Source: a virus
Reading direction: 5' to 3' (one strand)
DNA length: 40,425 bases
Virus genome (UHGV): UHGV-0387913
The position numbers were made by a program, and so were the translations under genes. Shown one piece after another: positions 1 to 9,030 of this stretch; within the stretch, counting starts at the first letter, position 1, and every line of letters begins with the position of its first letter. The notes under the pieces were generated by a model. That model searched no databases. It was not told where the DNA came from and saw nothing but the letters and a program-made list of their open reading frames with translations.

Positions 1-1234
1 ATTGCTTGGCCTTCTTAGCGAGGAACTCAAGGGACTTCTCTTCGTAACCACGGGTACCGCCAGCGTCCATCAAGTAGATGTACCCGTTGAGGGTATATAG
101 TACGCACCAGCCAGTCTCATCCTTACCGCGACCGCTTGGGTCAATGACCAGAATCTTACCCTGATACGCACCAGTGTTACTGGAGGCTGTATGGAAGGAG
201 TAAATCTCATCACCCTTCATGCCCACGTTAGGAAGCTCCTCATTGCGGTTCTGGCGGTTAGGCAACCACTGGTAATGCATTGGGGCCTTGTCCATCTGTA
301 GACCGCACACGATAGCGTCACGGAGGCGTAGTGGGTACTTCTCGGCGTCACTGAGGTTCGGGTTGAGCATGAACTGAAGCGTATAGCCAGCCTTACCGTA
401 TTCCACCTCACGCTCCTGAAGGTCCATAGAGTCGAATCGCACCGGGTCAGTAGGTTGGCTACCGAGACCCTCCTTGTCCTCATCGTACTCGTTACGGAGC
501 ATTGGAGCCAAGCGGTCGCCATAGTACAGGTCTTCATCTTTGGAGCGGGGATACTGTGCTGGCCAGATGATGGTTGAGTACCCACGGTTGTCCTCAAGTT
601 CCTTGTAGAGCGTCATCTCGGTCTGAGGGGTCCCCAGATAGATAACACGGCTAGTCGGTAGAGGTTTCAACAGCGCGGCGAACTCCTGAACCAACGTCCA
701 GAGTTTCTCACGAGCACCTTGGGTTGCAGAGTTACCGGGAATCTCCACGTCATCCGCAATGATGATATCGGCACGGCTACCAGTAAGCTGACCAGTAATA
801 CCCACAGACTTAACTGACGGGCTGTGGTCTGGCTTGGCAGGGCCTACATCAAAGCTAATCACGGAATCACGCTGACCGGGGCGGGGCTTAAGCTCACTCA
901 GGAAAGGCAACAAGTCGATGATGTTCTTGATGAAGATGGAGTTAGCGTCCGCACGTTCCTTTGAGGCCGAGACAATCAGTATCTTTAACTGAGGGTCACG
1001 CCACAGGGTCCACACTACGAACGCACACGTAATGAACGACTTCCCGATACCACGAAAAGCCTGAAGGATAAACTTCTTGTTCTTTGGGTCTGCCAGACAC
1101 TTGGCCATGTCGATTTGACACTTGGTTGGTTCAGGCAGGTTCAGGGCCTTCCAGAGCACGAAGAGAAAGGCGACAAAGTCACCCTTCAGTTGCGCAATGA
1201 TTAAGGCGTTCTTGGCTTGCTGAGAGTTACTCAA
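1..1234 (-). CDS. 19: Terminase large subunit (gp19), N-terminal 411 codons. The ORF continues across the window boundary into 39902..40425. The start is a TTG at 1234..1232 that overlaps the gp18.5 stop as TTGA.
   Basis: The translation reads (M)[33 protein letters not shown], matching the T7 gp19 N-terminus MSTQSNRNALVVAQLKGD. The RBS GGGAGGTG lies 6 nt upstream. The frame stays open to base 1 and continues ...AKKAKQ|W|[17 protein letters not shown] across bases 1 and 40425. Confidence 0.85.
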   Translation of the reverse strand, partial: MSNSQQAKNALIIAQLKGDFVAFLFVLWKALNLPEPTKCQIDMAKCLADPKNKKFILQAFRGIGKSFITCAFVVWTLWRDPQLKILIVSASKERADANSIFIKNIIDLLPFLSELKPRPGQRDSVISFDVGPAKPDHSPSVKSVGITGQLTGSRADIIIADDVEIPGNSATQGAREKLWTLVQEFAALLKPLPTSRVIYLGTPQTEMTLYKELEDNRGYSTIIWPAQYPRSKDEDLYYGDRLAPMLRNEYDEDKEGLGSQPTDPVRFDSMDLQEREVEYGKAGYTLQFMLNPNLSDAEKYPLRLRDAIVCGLQMDKAPMHYQWLPNRQNRNEELPNVGMKGDEIYSFHTASSNTGAYQGKILVIDPSGRGKDETGWCVLYTLNGYIYLMDAGGTRGYEEKSLEFLAKKAKQ

Positions 1235-1677
1235 TGTTCACCTCCCTTCCCTTGCAGCTTGCGAATTGTGTCCTGTAGGGCCTTCTCTTTGAGGTCGGCC
1301 TTCCGGGTTATTTCGATAAGACTTCGAGCAGTTGCTTCGTGTAGTTCGACGGAACCATCAACGAGGCATCGACCGTCTGGTCCTGCGGCGACACTGGTAG
1401 GTTTGACTCTGACGCGCAGCCGCTTATTGTCGCTACGCAAATCAGCAATAATCCTATCAGTGCTGCCTTCCAGCCCTTCAAGGTCTGCTTGGTACTTAGC
1501 CGATACTGCGTCAATCGCTTTCTGAGTTTCAGCTCTAGCCGTTTGCTTCTTAACGTACTCATTCTGTACCACCTCCTTCCACTTGGTGTCCGTAGATTGT
1601 GAACCGAAGTGCCACCCGAAGGAGAACACCATGATAACCACAAGATACGGGACGATTCTCTTTGTAATTTCCAGCAT
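1231..1677 (-). CDS. 18.5: Rz-like i-spanin (gp18.5).
   Basis: The 148-aa protein opens [25 protein letters not shown] and contains [33 protein letters not shown], nearly identical to T7 gp18.5. It has an N-terminal TM segment. Confidence 0.9.
   Translation of the reverse strand: MLEITKRIVPYLVVIMVFSFGWHFGSQSTDTKWKEVVQNEYVKKQTARAETQKAIDAVSAKYQADLEGLEGSTDRIIADLRSDNKRLRVRVKPTSVAAGPDGRCLVDGSVELHEATARSLIEITRKADLKEKALQDTIRKLQGKGGEH
1308..1562 (-). CDS. 18.7: Rz1-like o-spanin lipoprotein (gp18.7), embedded in the +1 frame of gene 18.5.
   Basis: An internal Met of the 147-aa overlapping ORF gives [15 protein letters not shown]...[18 protein letters not shown], which carries the lipobox LxxC and matches T7 gp18.7 ([18 protein letters not shown]). 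Confidence 0.8.
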   Translation of the reverse strand: MSTLRSKRLELKLRKRLTQYRLSTKQTLKGWKAALIGLLLICVATISGCASESNLPVSPQDQTVDASLMVPSNYTKQLLEVLSK

Positions 1678-1727
1678 AATGCCTCCCGATGTTTCTCAAA
1701 TTTCACGTAGGAACGCCTAGCGTAGTG

Positions 1728-1782
1728 TAATGACATCCATAAAGGCACCACATATAGTAGTACCTTGAGTATATCACTGTAG
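1728..1782 (-). promoter_or_regulatory. RNase III-type processing hairpin (R18.5 analogue) between genes 18 and 18.5.
   Basis: The motif ccataaaggcaccacatatagtagtaccttgagtatatcact recurs at 25528, 32215 and 32745 in front of genes 4.7, 1.3 and 1.1. Confidence 0.5.
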
Positions 1783-2031
1783 GGTGAACGTATCGTCGTC
1801 TGTCAGACCATCCGCGCCCACCTTGGAGTTATAAGCCTCCAGACCCTCAGCCAGTCCGCCCAAGATGTTAACGTCAGGGGTCAGCTTAGAGATTTGGAAC
1901 TTATGGCGCTCCAGTAGTTTACCAATGGCGTTGTACAGCTGAGGGGTTCGCTTCTCAGGATTCTTTAGGTCCATGAGCATCTGCTGCGCCATCTCAGTGT
2001 CTAACATTTCGAGGAACTTAATCAGGTCCAT
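1774..2031 (-). CDS. 18: Terminase small subunit (gp18).
   Basis: The 85-aa protein reads MDLIKFLEMLDTEMAQQMLMDL...RHKFQISKLTPDVNILGGLA...GLTDDDTFTLQ, matching T7 gp18 (ITFLEMLDTAMAQRML...GLTDDDIYTLQ). Confidence 0.9.
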   Translation of the reverse strand: MDLIKFLEMLDTEMAQQMLMDLKNPEKRTPQLYNAIGKLLERHKFQISKLTPDVNILGGLAEGLEAYNSKVGADGLTDDDTFTLQ

Positions 2032-2034
2032 AGA

Positions 2035-2238
2035 TTACTCCTTGTTTGCTTTCTTCCAGTCAATGATTTTATCGACTACCTTGGCACCAATCTGAACCAC
2101 TGTGTAGGCGATTGCCGCTACGTAGAACCACTCGTTGAGTGAGAGGCCCCAGAATAGCCTCGCTACGCCATCGGCCCCAGCGACCCCCGCAATGGGAGCC
2201 GCCTTGATAACTTCGTTGTTGAAGTCTAGGGATAACAT
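2035..2238 (-). CDS. 17.5: Class II holin (gp17.5).
   Basis: The 67-aa protein MLSLDFNNEVIKAAPIAGVAGADGVARLFWGLSLNEWFYVAAIAYTVVQIGAKVVDKIIDWKKANKE is nearly identical to T7 gp17.5. Confidence 0.92.
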   Translation of the reverse strand: MLSLDFNNEVIKAAPIAGVAGADGVARLFWGLSLNEWFYVAAIAYTVVQIGAKVVDKIIDWKKANKE

Positions 2239-2457
2239 TTAGACCTCCTTAGGCGTCACCACCACCTCAACTACCCCGCCGATATCCACAAGCCCGAATT
2301 TCTCCGGGTCAGTTAGGACGACAGTTAAGTCCACTGAGGTATCACCTCCAGCATCCGCTTGGGCGAAGTAAAGGTCCACACGAGCTGGTACATCACCATC
2401 AACAATGGCCTCATGCTTGTATGTGCACCGCATTAATGCTTTTACAGTCGTAGACAT
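2239..2457 (-). CDS. Hypothetical acidic 72-aa protein between the tailspike and the holin. T7 has no counterpart.
   Basis: A strong RBS AAGGAGGA sits 5 nt before the ATG, and the tailspike stop lies inside that RBS. The sequence is rich in D, V and T (MSTTVKALMRCTYKHEAIVDGDVPARVDLYFAQADAGGDTSVDL...). Confidence 0.6.
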   Translation of the reverse strand: MSTTVKALMRCTYKHEAIVDGDVPARVDLYFAQADAGGDTSVDLTVVLTDPEKFGLVDIGGVVEVVVTPKEV

Positions 2458-2474
2458 ATAGTCCTCCTTATTGT

Positions 2475-4985
2475 TTAGTCAAGAAGGGCTAGAGTACCCT
2501 TCCCATTTGTCTGCCACATCACAGGGAGCTTCAGCTGGATTGTGCCAACGATTCCCCGAAGAACGATGGCCGGATGAATGGCGACCGTCTTATTCTTATT
2601 GGCAGGACCTAGGTTATTGTTATATGTGAAAGCTGACTGTACCCCAACGTACTTAGAAGTAGTCAACGGGGTCGTCCTACCTTCATACTCAGCCGTTAGA
2701 AGCGCAGATACATCATAACTCTCTGTTCCATCATTATACCCAGCATCTACCCCATCAACACTGAACCGCAAGCGAGCATTCAGTTTCAATGCCCCACTCT
2801 GGATATCTTTCATCATCACGGAAATCCCAGAGTTAATCTCTGTGCCGTCACTCGCTGTGAACCGTAAGGACCTGTTGCATAACTCAATCCAGTCGTTCTC
2901 ATTGGTTAGTGTTACGTTGATGTACTGGAAACCATCTGCATCCTGAGTACCGTACGTTGCCGTTCCGGTTCCCGTCATAGTCACCGAGAGGCCCGTACCG
3001 GATTCAACTGTACCCTTAACGTTTAGACCGGGAGTTCCGTTGAAGCGATAGTTACCGTTATTCAGGGTCTGTCGATAGCTGACTAGACAATCGGGGTAGG
3101 GACTCGACGGGCAGTTATACACAGCGTTCATGTATTGGCTGGTTGTATCCGTGTAGCCCATCAAGGCCAAATGTGGCTCTGACGGAGCTGCTGGGAAGTA
3201 AATCGGGGAGTTGATGAACACATCCACCCCAAGCTCTGGTAGAGTCGCTGCACTGTGGAGAATCTTACGGCGAGACGCCCAAGCCCCCGGAACACCACCC
3301 GCCGCCTTAATCTCACAGTCCCCACCAATAGTCACACGACTGCGCTCATTATACCAAGGAACCGACTGTGCAATCTGGTTCACCAGCATACCACCCCAGC
3401 CCTCAATGTGTCCACCCTCAACCTTGATGGCTACACCACGCGCCCCGTTATCCAAGTTGATAACATGACCGCCGCAGTAATCCATTGAGGTATCTCGTAG
3501 GGTAAGTGCCACACCCGGTGTGTTCCAATGGATGCCATGTGAGGTTGAGTCGGCAATCAAGGAGTTGAACACCACAATCTTCTCACCAGCGTTACCCTTA
3601 CCGCTCACCTTGGCTGCTATTCCCCAATAGTTACCAGACAGCGCCATACGTTCAAACGTCAAGATGTACGTATCGTGTGCATCGAACTCCAGCCCAGCTT
3701 GGAAACGTCTAATCTCCATATCGGAAACGTTGAGGTCTCGAAGGTCCAGAATGTTTGGGCCAGTGGCTGTGTTACCAACGCGCATACCAGCTGCTTGGGA
3801 CGACGTAGCTCCCGGTCCGATTAGTTTAAACCTACCAGACCTGTTAGCGAACAGTTTGATACCCTGCATGTCTCGCCAAGGTAGCAGTCCCGGTACAACA
3901 CCAGCTATCTGGTTGGTAACATGAATGGCCACGTCAGTGATTGGTGTGAACTCCACATAATGATTACCATCTACCTCGATTGGGATGAATGAGGGAATCT
4001 TAATGGACTGATTGAGTCTGCCGGAGTATGGTCCTGTCTGTGTAGCAAACGGTGAAGACGCTAAGTTCGGGATTAGGATGGTGGGTGTGCGCACTGCTGT
4101 ACCTAAGGCTAGTACCTTGGCCAGAACAGCATTGTATACCCGGTTAAATGTAGTACCCAAGTTGGAACCATCTGGGCGTAACCCAGCGTACCGAAGGTCA
4201 ATTCCGCTAGGTGCCAACAGTTTAAACCGCTTACCTGTAGTGGTCACAATAGTCATCACACCGTCATCCCCTGACGTTGAATCATTAGGGTCGTATACGT
4301 AGGTTACGTCAATCGGTGATACCGACAAGGAGATGTCCCAGAAGGCTACCGTTACTCTCTGATACGGAACAGTTGGGTCGATAGCACGAAGCTCCCCAAG
4401 GCTCTTACAGAACCCTACTAGAGAGGACCCTGCCGGACCAGCCAGATGAGACCTTAAGGTTGTATCTACTACCGCTTCCTGTGCAGCTCTAGCAGCCTCT
4501 TGTGCAATCCCAGCATCCTCCTCGGCACTTACCGCAGACAGGCGAGCCTCTGCTGCATACTCCTTGCCTTCCTCCGCGCTTCTTGCAGACTGGGCCGCAC
4601 TCTCAGCTGCCATCACTACGTAACCCTTAGCAATATCGACTGACTGGTCTCGGCCCTCCTCGGCAATATGAATAGACTGGAGCTGCGACACGTTCAGGTC
4701 GGAGGCTCGCAGCACAGAGCCATCATTGAAGTCCACCACAGGCTCTGAACCTGTCGTTCTCCGAATCTCGACAAAGGAGTATCCTTCAGGGAAGGTGCCC
4801 ATTAGAACTATCGAGGAGCGAGAGGTATACCTGTAGTCTACACCGTTTGTCAAGACGACAGACTCCAACCCTGATTGTGTCGCGGATACTACCACGAATT
4901 TTCTTGATAGAAAGTCAAATGGGATTGTGTAGTTAGGCCCATCGGATAGTGCGTATGTTCCTACTGTTTTTATCTCAGCGTTCAT
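2475..4985 (-). CDS. 17: Tail fiber or tailspike (gp17), 836 aa. It has a T7-like N-terminal adaptor domain and a long divergent C-terminal receptor-binding domain that is probably a depolymerase beta-helix.
   Basis: The N-terminal roughly 150 aa (MNAEIKTVGTYALSDGPNYTIPFDFLSRKFVVVSAT...DFNDGSVLRASDLNVSQLQSIHIAEEGRDQ) align to T7 gp17 residues 1-150. The remaining roughly 680 aa are unlike T7 and contain repeats such as GGHVINLDNGARGVAIKVEGGHIEGWGG, which resemble right-handed beta-helix lyases. Confidence 0.85.
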   Translation of the reverse strand: MNAEIKTVGTYALSDGPNYTIPFDFLSRKFVVVSATQSGLESVVLTNGVDYRYTSRSSIVLMGTFPEGYSFVEIRRTTGSEPVVDFNDGSVLRASDLNVSQLQSIHIAEEGRDQSVDIAKGYVVMAAESAAQSARSAEEGKEYAAEARLSAVSAEEDAGIAQEAARAAQEAVVDTTLRSHLAGPAGSSLVGFCKSLGELRAIDPTVPYQRVTVAFWDISLSVSPIDVTYVYDPNDSTSGDDGVMTIVTTTGKRFKLLAPSGIDLRYAGLRPDGSNLGTTFNRVYNAVLAKVLALGTAVRTPTILIPNLASSPFATQTGPYSGRLNQSIKIPSFIPIEVDGNHYVEFTPITDVAIHVTNQIAGVVPGLLPWRDMQGIKLFANRSGRFKLIGPGATSSQAAGMRVGNTATGPNILDLRDLNVSDMEIRRFQAGLEFDAHDTYILTFERMALSGNYWGIAAKVSGKGNAGEKIVVFNSLIADSTSHGIHWNTPGVALTLRDTSMDYCGGHVINLDNGARGVAIKVEGGHIEGWGGMLVNQIAQSVPWYNERSRVTIGGDCEIKAAGGVPGAWASRRKILHSAATLPELGVDVFINSPIYFPAAPSEPHLALMGYTDTTSQYMNAVYNCPSSPYPDCLVSYRQTLNNGNYRFNGTPGLNVKGTVESGTGLSVTMTGTGTATYGTQDADGFQYINVTLTNENDWIELCNRSLRFTASDGTEINSGISVMMKDIQSGALKLNARLRFSVDGVDAGYNDGTESYDVSALLTAEYEGRTTPLTTSKYVGVQSAFTYNNNLGPANKNKTVAIHPAIVLRGIVGTIQLKLPVMWQTNGKGTLALLD

Positions 4986-5027
4986 TTATAACCTCCTTTA
5001 TGAATAGGGAAACATGGGAACACTCTG

Positions 5028-5050
5028 TCTCCCTATAGTGCTACCTAATT
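5028..5050 (-). promoter_or_regulatory. Phage RNAP promoter (phi17).
   Basis: The minus strand reads AATTAGGTAGCACTATAGGGAGA, an exact consensus copy, directly upstream of gene 17. Confidence 0.85.
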
Positions 5051-8000
5051 AGTTGGGTCTAGGCTGTTGCTTGATGGTTACCCCGTTGGCCTCATAAATT
5101 TTCATTATGAGCTGCTGGGTCAGTGGGTCGTTGGGTACAAGCTCCTTAGTGGAGTTCATTAGGCCAGTCATGTAGTCACGCTCAGTCGGCTTGTTGGGTG
5201 CTGTAGCAACTCCATAGGCGTTCTTAGCGGTCGCAATGACGTTCCCTACGTAACCCAGAGCTGGGACCTGAGACCCTAAGTTACCCGCGAGATCGCTGGA
5301 CTCAGAGCGCCCTTTAGCTGCACCATCTCTCTTCTGGAACTGTTCGTCCTTCGGTAGGATGGTAGAGCGGAGCATGTTTGCGTCTTGGAACCCAGCGGCA
5401 CCAGCCATCATCGAAACGATAGACAGTGGAGCACCAGTATGGGAACTTCGAGTCAACGCTGCGTAACCCAGCATGGTCGGGTTTAGAGCCTTCTTCAGGT
5501 AGTCCTTACGTTGAGACTCTTGGAGACCGTAGGCCTTCACGTGGGCTTGCATCGCAAAGTAAGTCCCAGCGATACCCAGAGACAACACGTGGGTCAGCGC
5601 CATGTCGATAGCGCGGTTGTTCTTGTATCCCTCGTAGAAGGACCGAATGAACTTGGCGTTGAGTGACTTGATGGTGAAGTTCTTGAACTGCATAGCCATC
5701 TTGACACCAGCACCGTACGCCTTGGAATCCTGCTGGGATACCTTGTGAGGTCTCAGCATGGTCTCGTCGGCCACCTTATCGGCAAGACGCCATAGGTCCA
5801 TCGCTCGTGGGTCCTGACTGAACGCTTTCTTGTCCTTAATGGTGAACTGGCCGTTGGTATCGCGAGTCGCATGGTCAACAAAGAGTTGCTTGATTCCCTT
5901 CCACTGCTCAGGACTTATTGAAGCAGCCTTGAGGAAGTTCTCTTTGCCGAACTTGGAGCCTTTGCCGCCTAGGGCCGCCCCAGCCACATCACCGAGCACG
6001 CCTTGACGCGCAGTGTCCAGAATGTAGTTGGCCGTACCGTTCAACATCTTGGTCCAAGGGGACCGAGCTGACAGCTCCTGAGTACCGAACTTAATGGTAC
6101 CAATGACTGACGCCATAGCCCCACTAGTATCGGAAGCCTCACGGATTCTCTGCACGATGTCCTCACGACCCGGACGGATTAACTGGTCGAGTTCTTTACC
6201 GAACAGCGCCCCATGAAGTTCGCGGAGTTCACTACCTGACACCTGAGAGGTTCTGGTGGCGAGGTCTCGCAACGTTGGGATACCATGTAGCATCGCTTTG
6301 ACGTTACCTTTGGCTAACATCCCGGCAATCTCTGTGAGGTTCTGCGGACCCATGTAGAAGTTCTTAGCGAAGAACGCTAGGTCGTTAAGGGTGCGCATCG
6401 CGGTCTCAAAAGCTGTGTCATTGTTGCGTCGAGCACGGCCAGTGAGAATCTTAACGGTGTCCTTCAGTGCCTCTACTTCGCCCTTCAGCTGTCCCTTACG
6501 CTCGGCCTTCTTGTCTAACGCCATGATGTCATCTTTGAGCTGTTTAGTGGTCTTACCGCTACCGCCCATGATGGAGATATCACCGTTAACTCGACGGTCG
6601 TACGCTGGGATAATCCGTGACATATCGAAGTCCCTCAGGTCATTGACGCTGAAGGTTGACCCGTCCGGTAAGGTAACCGGGAGGTCGCTATCGAACATGT
6701 TACGAGCCTCAAGGAACGAGTTGTTCTCAATACCCACCAGACCAGTGATGTTGTCGTCAATGACACTGGACGCTGAGAAGTCCTCGGTGTGGCTGATACC
6801 GTAAGCCTTGTCCATGGCGTGCTTCTGGACTACCTCAGGAGTCACTTGGTCAACCGACTTGTAGCCGTTGAGTTCCATTAGGTACTCATCCACACGGGCC
6901 TTAACCTCAGGTCTCACTCGGTAACTGGTAAGCCAGCTTTGGGCGATAGCCTGTTGGAGCCCTTCAGGTCCACCCAGCTTCTGAGTCATCAGCTCCTTAG
7001 CGCCCCTATCGTACACGTTAGGTACGTAGGTTCCTTTATGGCGACTACCGGGGAAGATACTCACTGCGTTAGCGTTACCGAAGATACCCGGCTGTTCCAT
7101 CAGTTCACGCTTGGTATCGAAGTGCTCTTTCAGCAAGTCCATCACCTCACGTTCACCTTTGGTCAGGTCAGCCTGTAACTCTGGACGCTCAATCGCCAAG
7201 GCAGCACGCTTGTACACTTCCTGACGGATGGCCTTACGGGACAGCTTCTGCTCACCTATGGAGAACTCAGGGTCCTTCATGGCGCGGTCAACAGCGTCAT
7301 ACAGCTGGTTATACATCCGTTGGTCTGTTGCGTGGAGCCGCTCGTGGATATCCGAAGCGGTCGCGCCGAACTTTCCGCTAGACCCTGATTGCATCCCTGT
7401 AGGAGAGCGCACGAGGTCCTGAGCGATTGCACGAACGCCAGCATCCTTGGACCCTAAGGTCTTCAGGCCAATCTCAGTGAACCCTCCGAGTTTGATACCG
7501 GGAGCTGCACGCTCTGGGTCAATCTCTGCGAAGTCCCGCTGAGTCCTTGGGTTAAGAGGGTTGGTATCACTCAAGATGGAACCATTGGCTAGAACCACTG
7601 CGCCCTCTTCGGTCGGATGGTCGGCAAACGGAACACCCCTATGGTTCTGCTCAAACGAGAAGTTCTCAGGAGGTAGCGTGGAGGTATCATGGCCACCAGT
7701 GTTGATAGCAGTTTCTCTGGCTTCCATACGAAGTGCCGGACCAGCGAACTCGTTCACGGATTCAACACCACGTGACTTACGGATACCAGCAGCCACAGCG
7801 TCACTGAGGACTGACATACCGGAGCCGAACAGTAGACCACCGAGCGCCGCATCAGCATAGTGAGCTTCACCACCAGCGATAGACGTACGGATTCCTTCAG
7901 AGGCAACGTTGAGCGCGCCAGCCTGAGCACCAACACGGAGAGCCTTATTGATTACCTTGATACCCTTCCCGGTCACGCCAACCAAGGGGACATAACTCAA

Positions 8001-9014
8001 CGGGTCAACACCAGCACCCACAACACCAGCCGCAAGTTTCGCACCAGTACCAGCCTCAGCGGCCCTTTGGTCAGCCGCAAAGTTATCCTTGGCCAGTTTA
8101 ATGAGGGCGTCCCAGTTCTCACCGTCACCACCTGTCACCACACCGTAGTAACTGGGAGGTAACCCGGAGTCACGCAGCTTCTGTAAGTCTTCCTTGGAGG
8201 GTACGTAAGAGTTCCAACGAGTGGGGGTAATCGTGTCCTTGAACACATCGTACCCATCGTCAGCACGGGCAGCGCGGAATGCAACACCTAAGGTTGAGTT
8301 CTGAAGTTGAGCATCAGCTGCATCACCGAATCCAAAGAATGTTGACCTAGCGCTATACTCATCAAGAGTCGTCCCAGTCTTCTCCCAGAAGTCCTTGGCG
8401 TATGGTGTATTAGGTGCAGCCTGAGCCACACCCTCTACGTCGAACCCATGGGACTCCGGCAGTTCAGTACCTACTTTACCAGCCTTGGAGATGCCCCTGA
8501 AGGCATCCTCTGCGGGAATCCCTTTACCCTTTGGGGTGATTCCTCCGAACGCTTCAAGAGCGCCTGAGTTCGGGCTCTTGGCCACATCCAGCAGCTTGCG
8601 CATGTAGTTACGACCTTCCTCCGAGATAGACCCGAAGTCACCCTTGTCGTACGCTTGAAGCTGGGGAGCACCCGATGGGCCTTCCCCTTGGTTGTACGCT
8701 AGGGCAGCTTTCAGCTCATCCCCGTTGTACTTCTTAACGAGGCTGCTGAGTAACTTAGCCCCAGCGTCAATAGCTAACTCTGGATTATATCGCCCATCGT
8801 CATCACCATCTGTCACGTTAAGGCCCATGCTCTGGGCCGTCGCTTTGGTGAACTGCATGATTCCCTTAGGGCCAGTCTTAGAGACGGCCTTAGGGTTGAA
8901 GGATGATTCGTTGAAGGACAGTTTACGTAGTAGGTCGTAACTAACACCGTGTGCGTCTGCTGCCTTCTGGAACATACCGTCGTAGTCACTAGATTTGGAC
9001 TTGTCGTAGCTCAT
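5049..9014 (-). CDS. 16: Internal virion protein D (gp16) with an N-terminal lytic transglycosylase domain.
   Basis: The protein is 1321 aa (T7 gp16 is 1318). The N-terminus MSYDKSKSSDYDGMFQKAADAHGVSYDLLRKLSFNESSFNPKAVSKTGPKGIMQF carries the SLT motif. Confidence 0.9.
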   Translation of the reverse strand: MSYDKSKSSDYDGMFQKAADAHGVSYDLLRKLSFNESSFNPKAVSKTGPKGIMQFTKATAQSMGLNVTDGDDDGRYNPELAIDAGAKLLSSLVKKYNGDELKAALAYNQGEGPSGAPQLQAYDKGDFGSISEEGRNYMRKLLDVAKSPNSGALEAFGGITPKGKGIPAEDAFRGISKAGKVGTELPESHGFDVEGVAQAAPNTPYAKDFWEKTGTTLDEYSARSTFFGFGDAADAQLQNSTLGVAFRAARADDGYDVFKDTITPTRWNSYVPSKEDLQKLRDSGLPPSYYGVVTGGDGENWDALIKLAKDNFAADQRAAEAGTGAKLAAGVVGAGVDPLSYVPLVGVTGKGIKVINKALRVGAQAGALNVASEGIRTSIAGGEAHYADAALGGLLFGSGMSVLSDAVAAGIRKSRGVESVNEFAGPALRMEARETAINTGGHDTSTLPPENFSFEQNHRGVPFADHPTEEGAVVLANGSILSDTNPLNPRTQRDFAEIDPERAAPGIKLGGFTEIGLKTLGSKDAGVRAIAQDLVRSPTGMQSGSSGKFGATASDIHERLHATDQRMYNQLYDAVDRAMKDPEFSIGEQKLSRKAIRQEVYKRAALAIERPELQADLTKGEREVMDLLKEHFDTKRELMEQPGIFGNANAVSIFPGSRHKGTYVPNVYDRGAKELMTQKLGGPEGLQQAIAQSWLTSYRVRPEVKARVDEYLMELNGYKSVDQVTPEVVQKHAMDKAYGISHTEDFSASSVIDDNITGLVGIENNSFLEARNMFDSDLPVTLPDGSTFSVNDLRDFDMSRIIPAYDRRVNGDISIMGGSGKTTKQLKDDIMALDKKAERKGQLKGEVEALKDTVKILTGRARRNNDTAFETAMRTLNDLAFFAKNFYMGPQNLTEIAGMLAKGNVKAMLHGIPTLRDLATRTSQVSGSELRELHGALFGKELDQLIRPGREDIVQRIREASDTSGAMASVIGTIKFGTQELSARSPWTKMLNGTANYILDTARQGVLGDVAGAALGGKGSKFGKENFLKAASISPEQWKGIKQLFVDHATRDTNGQFTIKDKKAFSQDPRAMDLWRLADKVADETMLRPHKVSQQDSKAYGAGVKMAMQFKNFTIKSLNAKFIRSFYEGYKNNRAIDMALTHVLSLGIAGTYFAMQAHVKAYGLQESQRKDYLKKALNPTMLGYAALTRSSHTGAPLSIVSMMAGAAGFQDANMLRSTILPKDEQFQKRDGAAKGRSESSDLAGNLGSQVPALGYVGNVIATAKNAYGVATAPNKPTERDYMTGLMNSTKELVPNDPLTQQLIMKIYEANGVTIKQQPRPN

Positions 9015-9030
9015 GTTGTCTCCTTATTGT

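Noticed and set aside
217-597. A 126-aa minus-strand ORF.
   Set aside because: It lies in a different frame inside the terminase large subunit N-terminal region. The gp19 frame is the one supported by homology.
6391-6804. A 137-aa plus-strand ORF, and the other plus-strand ORFs within 5049..11286.
   Set aside because: They are antisense to the internal core protein genes 15 and 16. There are no promoters or RBS on the plus strand, and the whole genome is transcribed from the minus strand.
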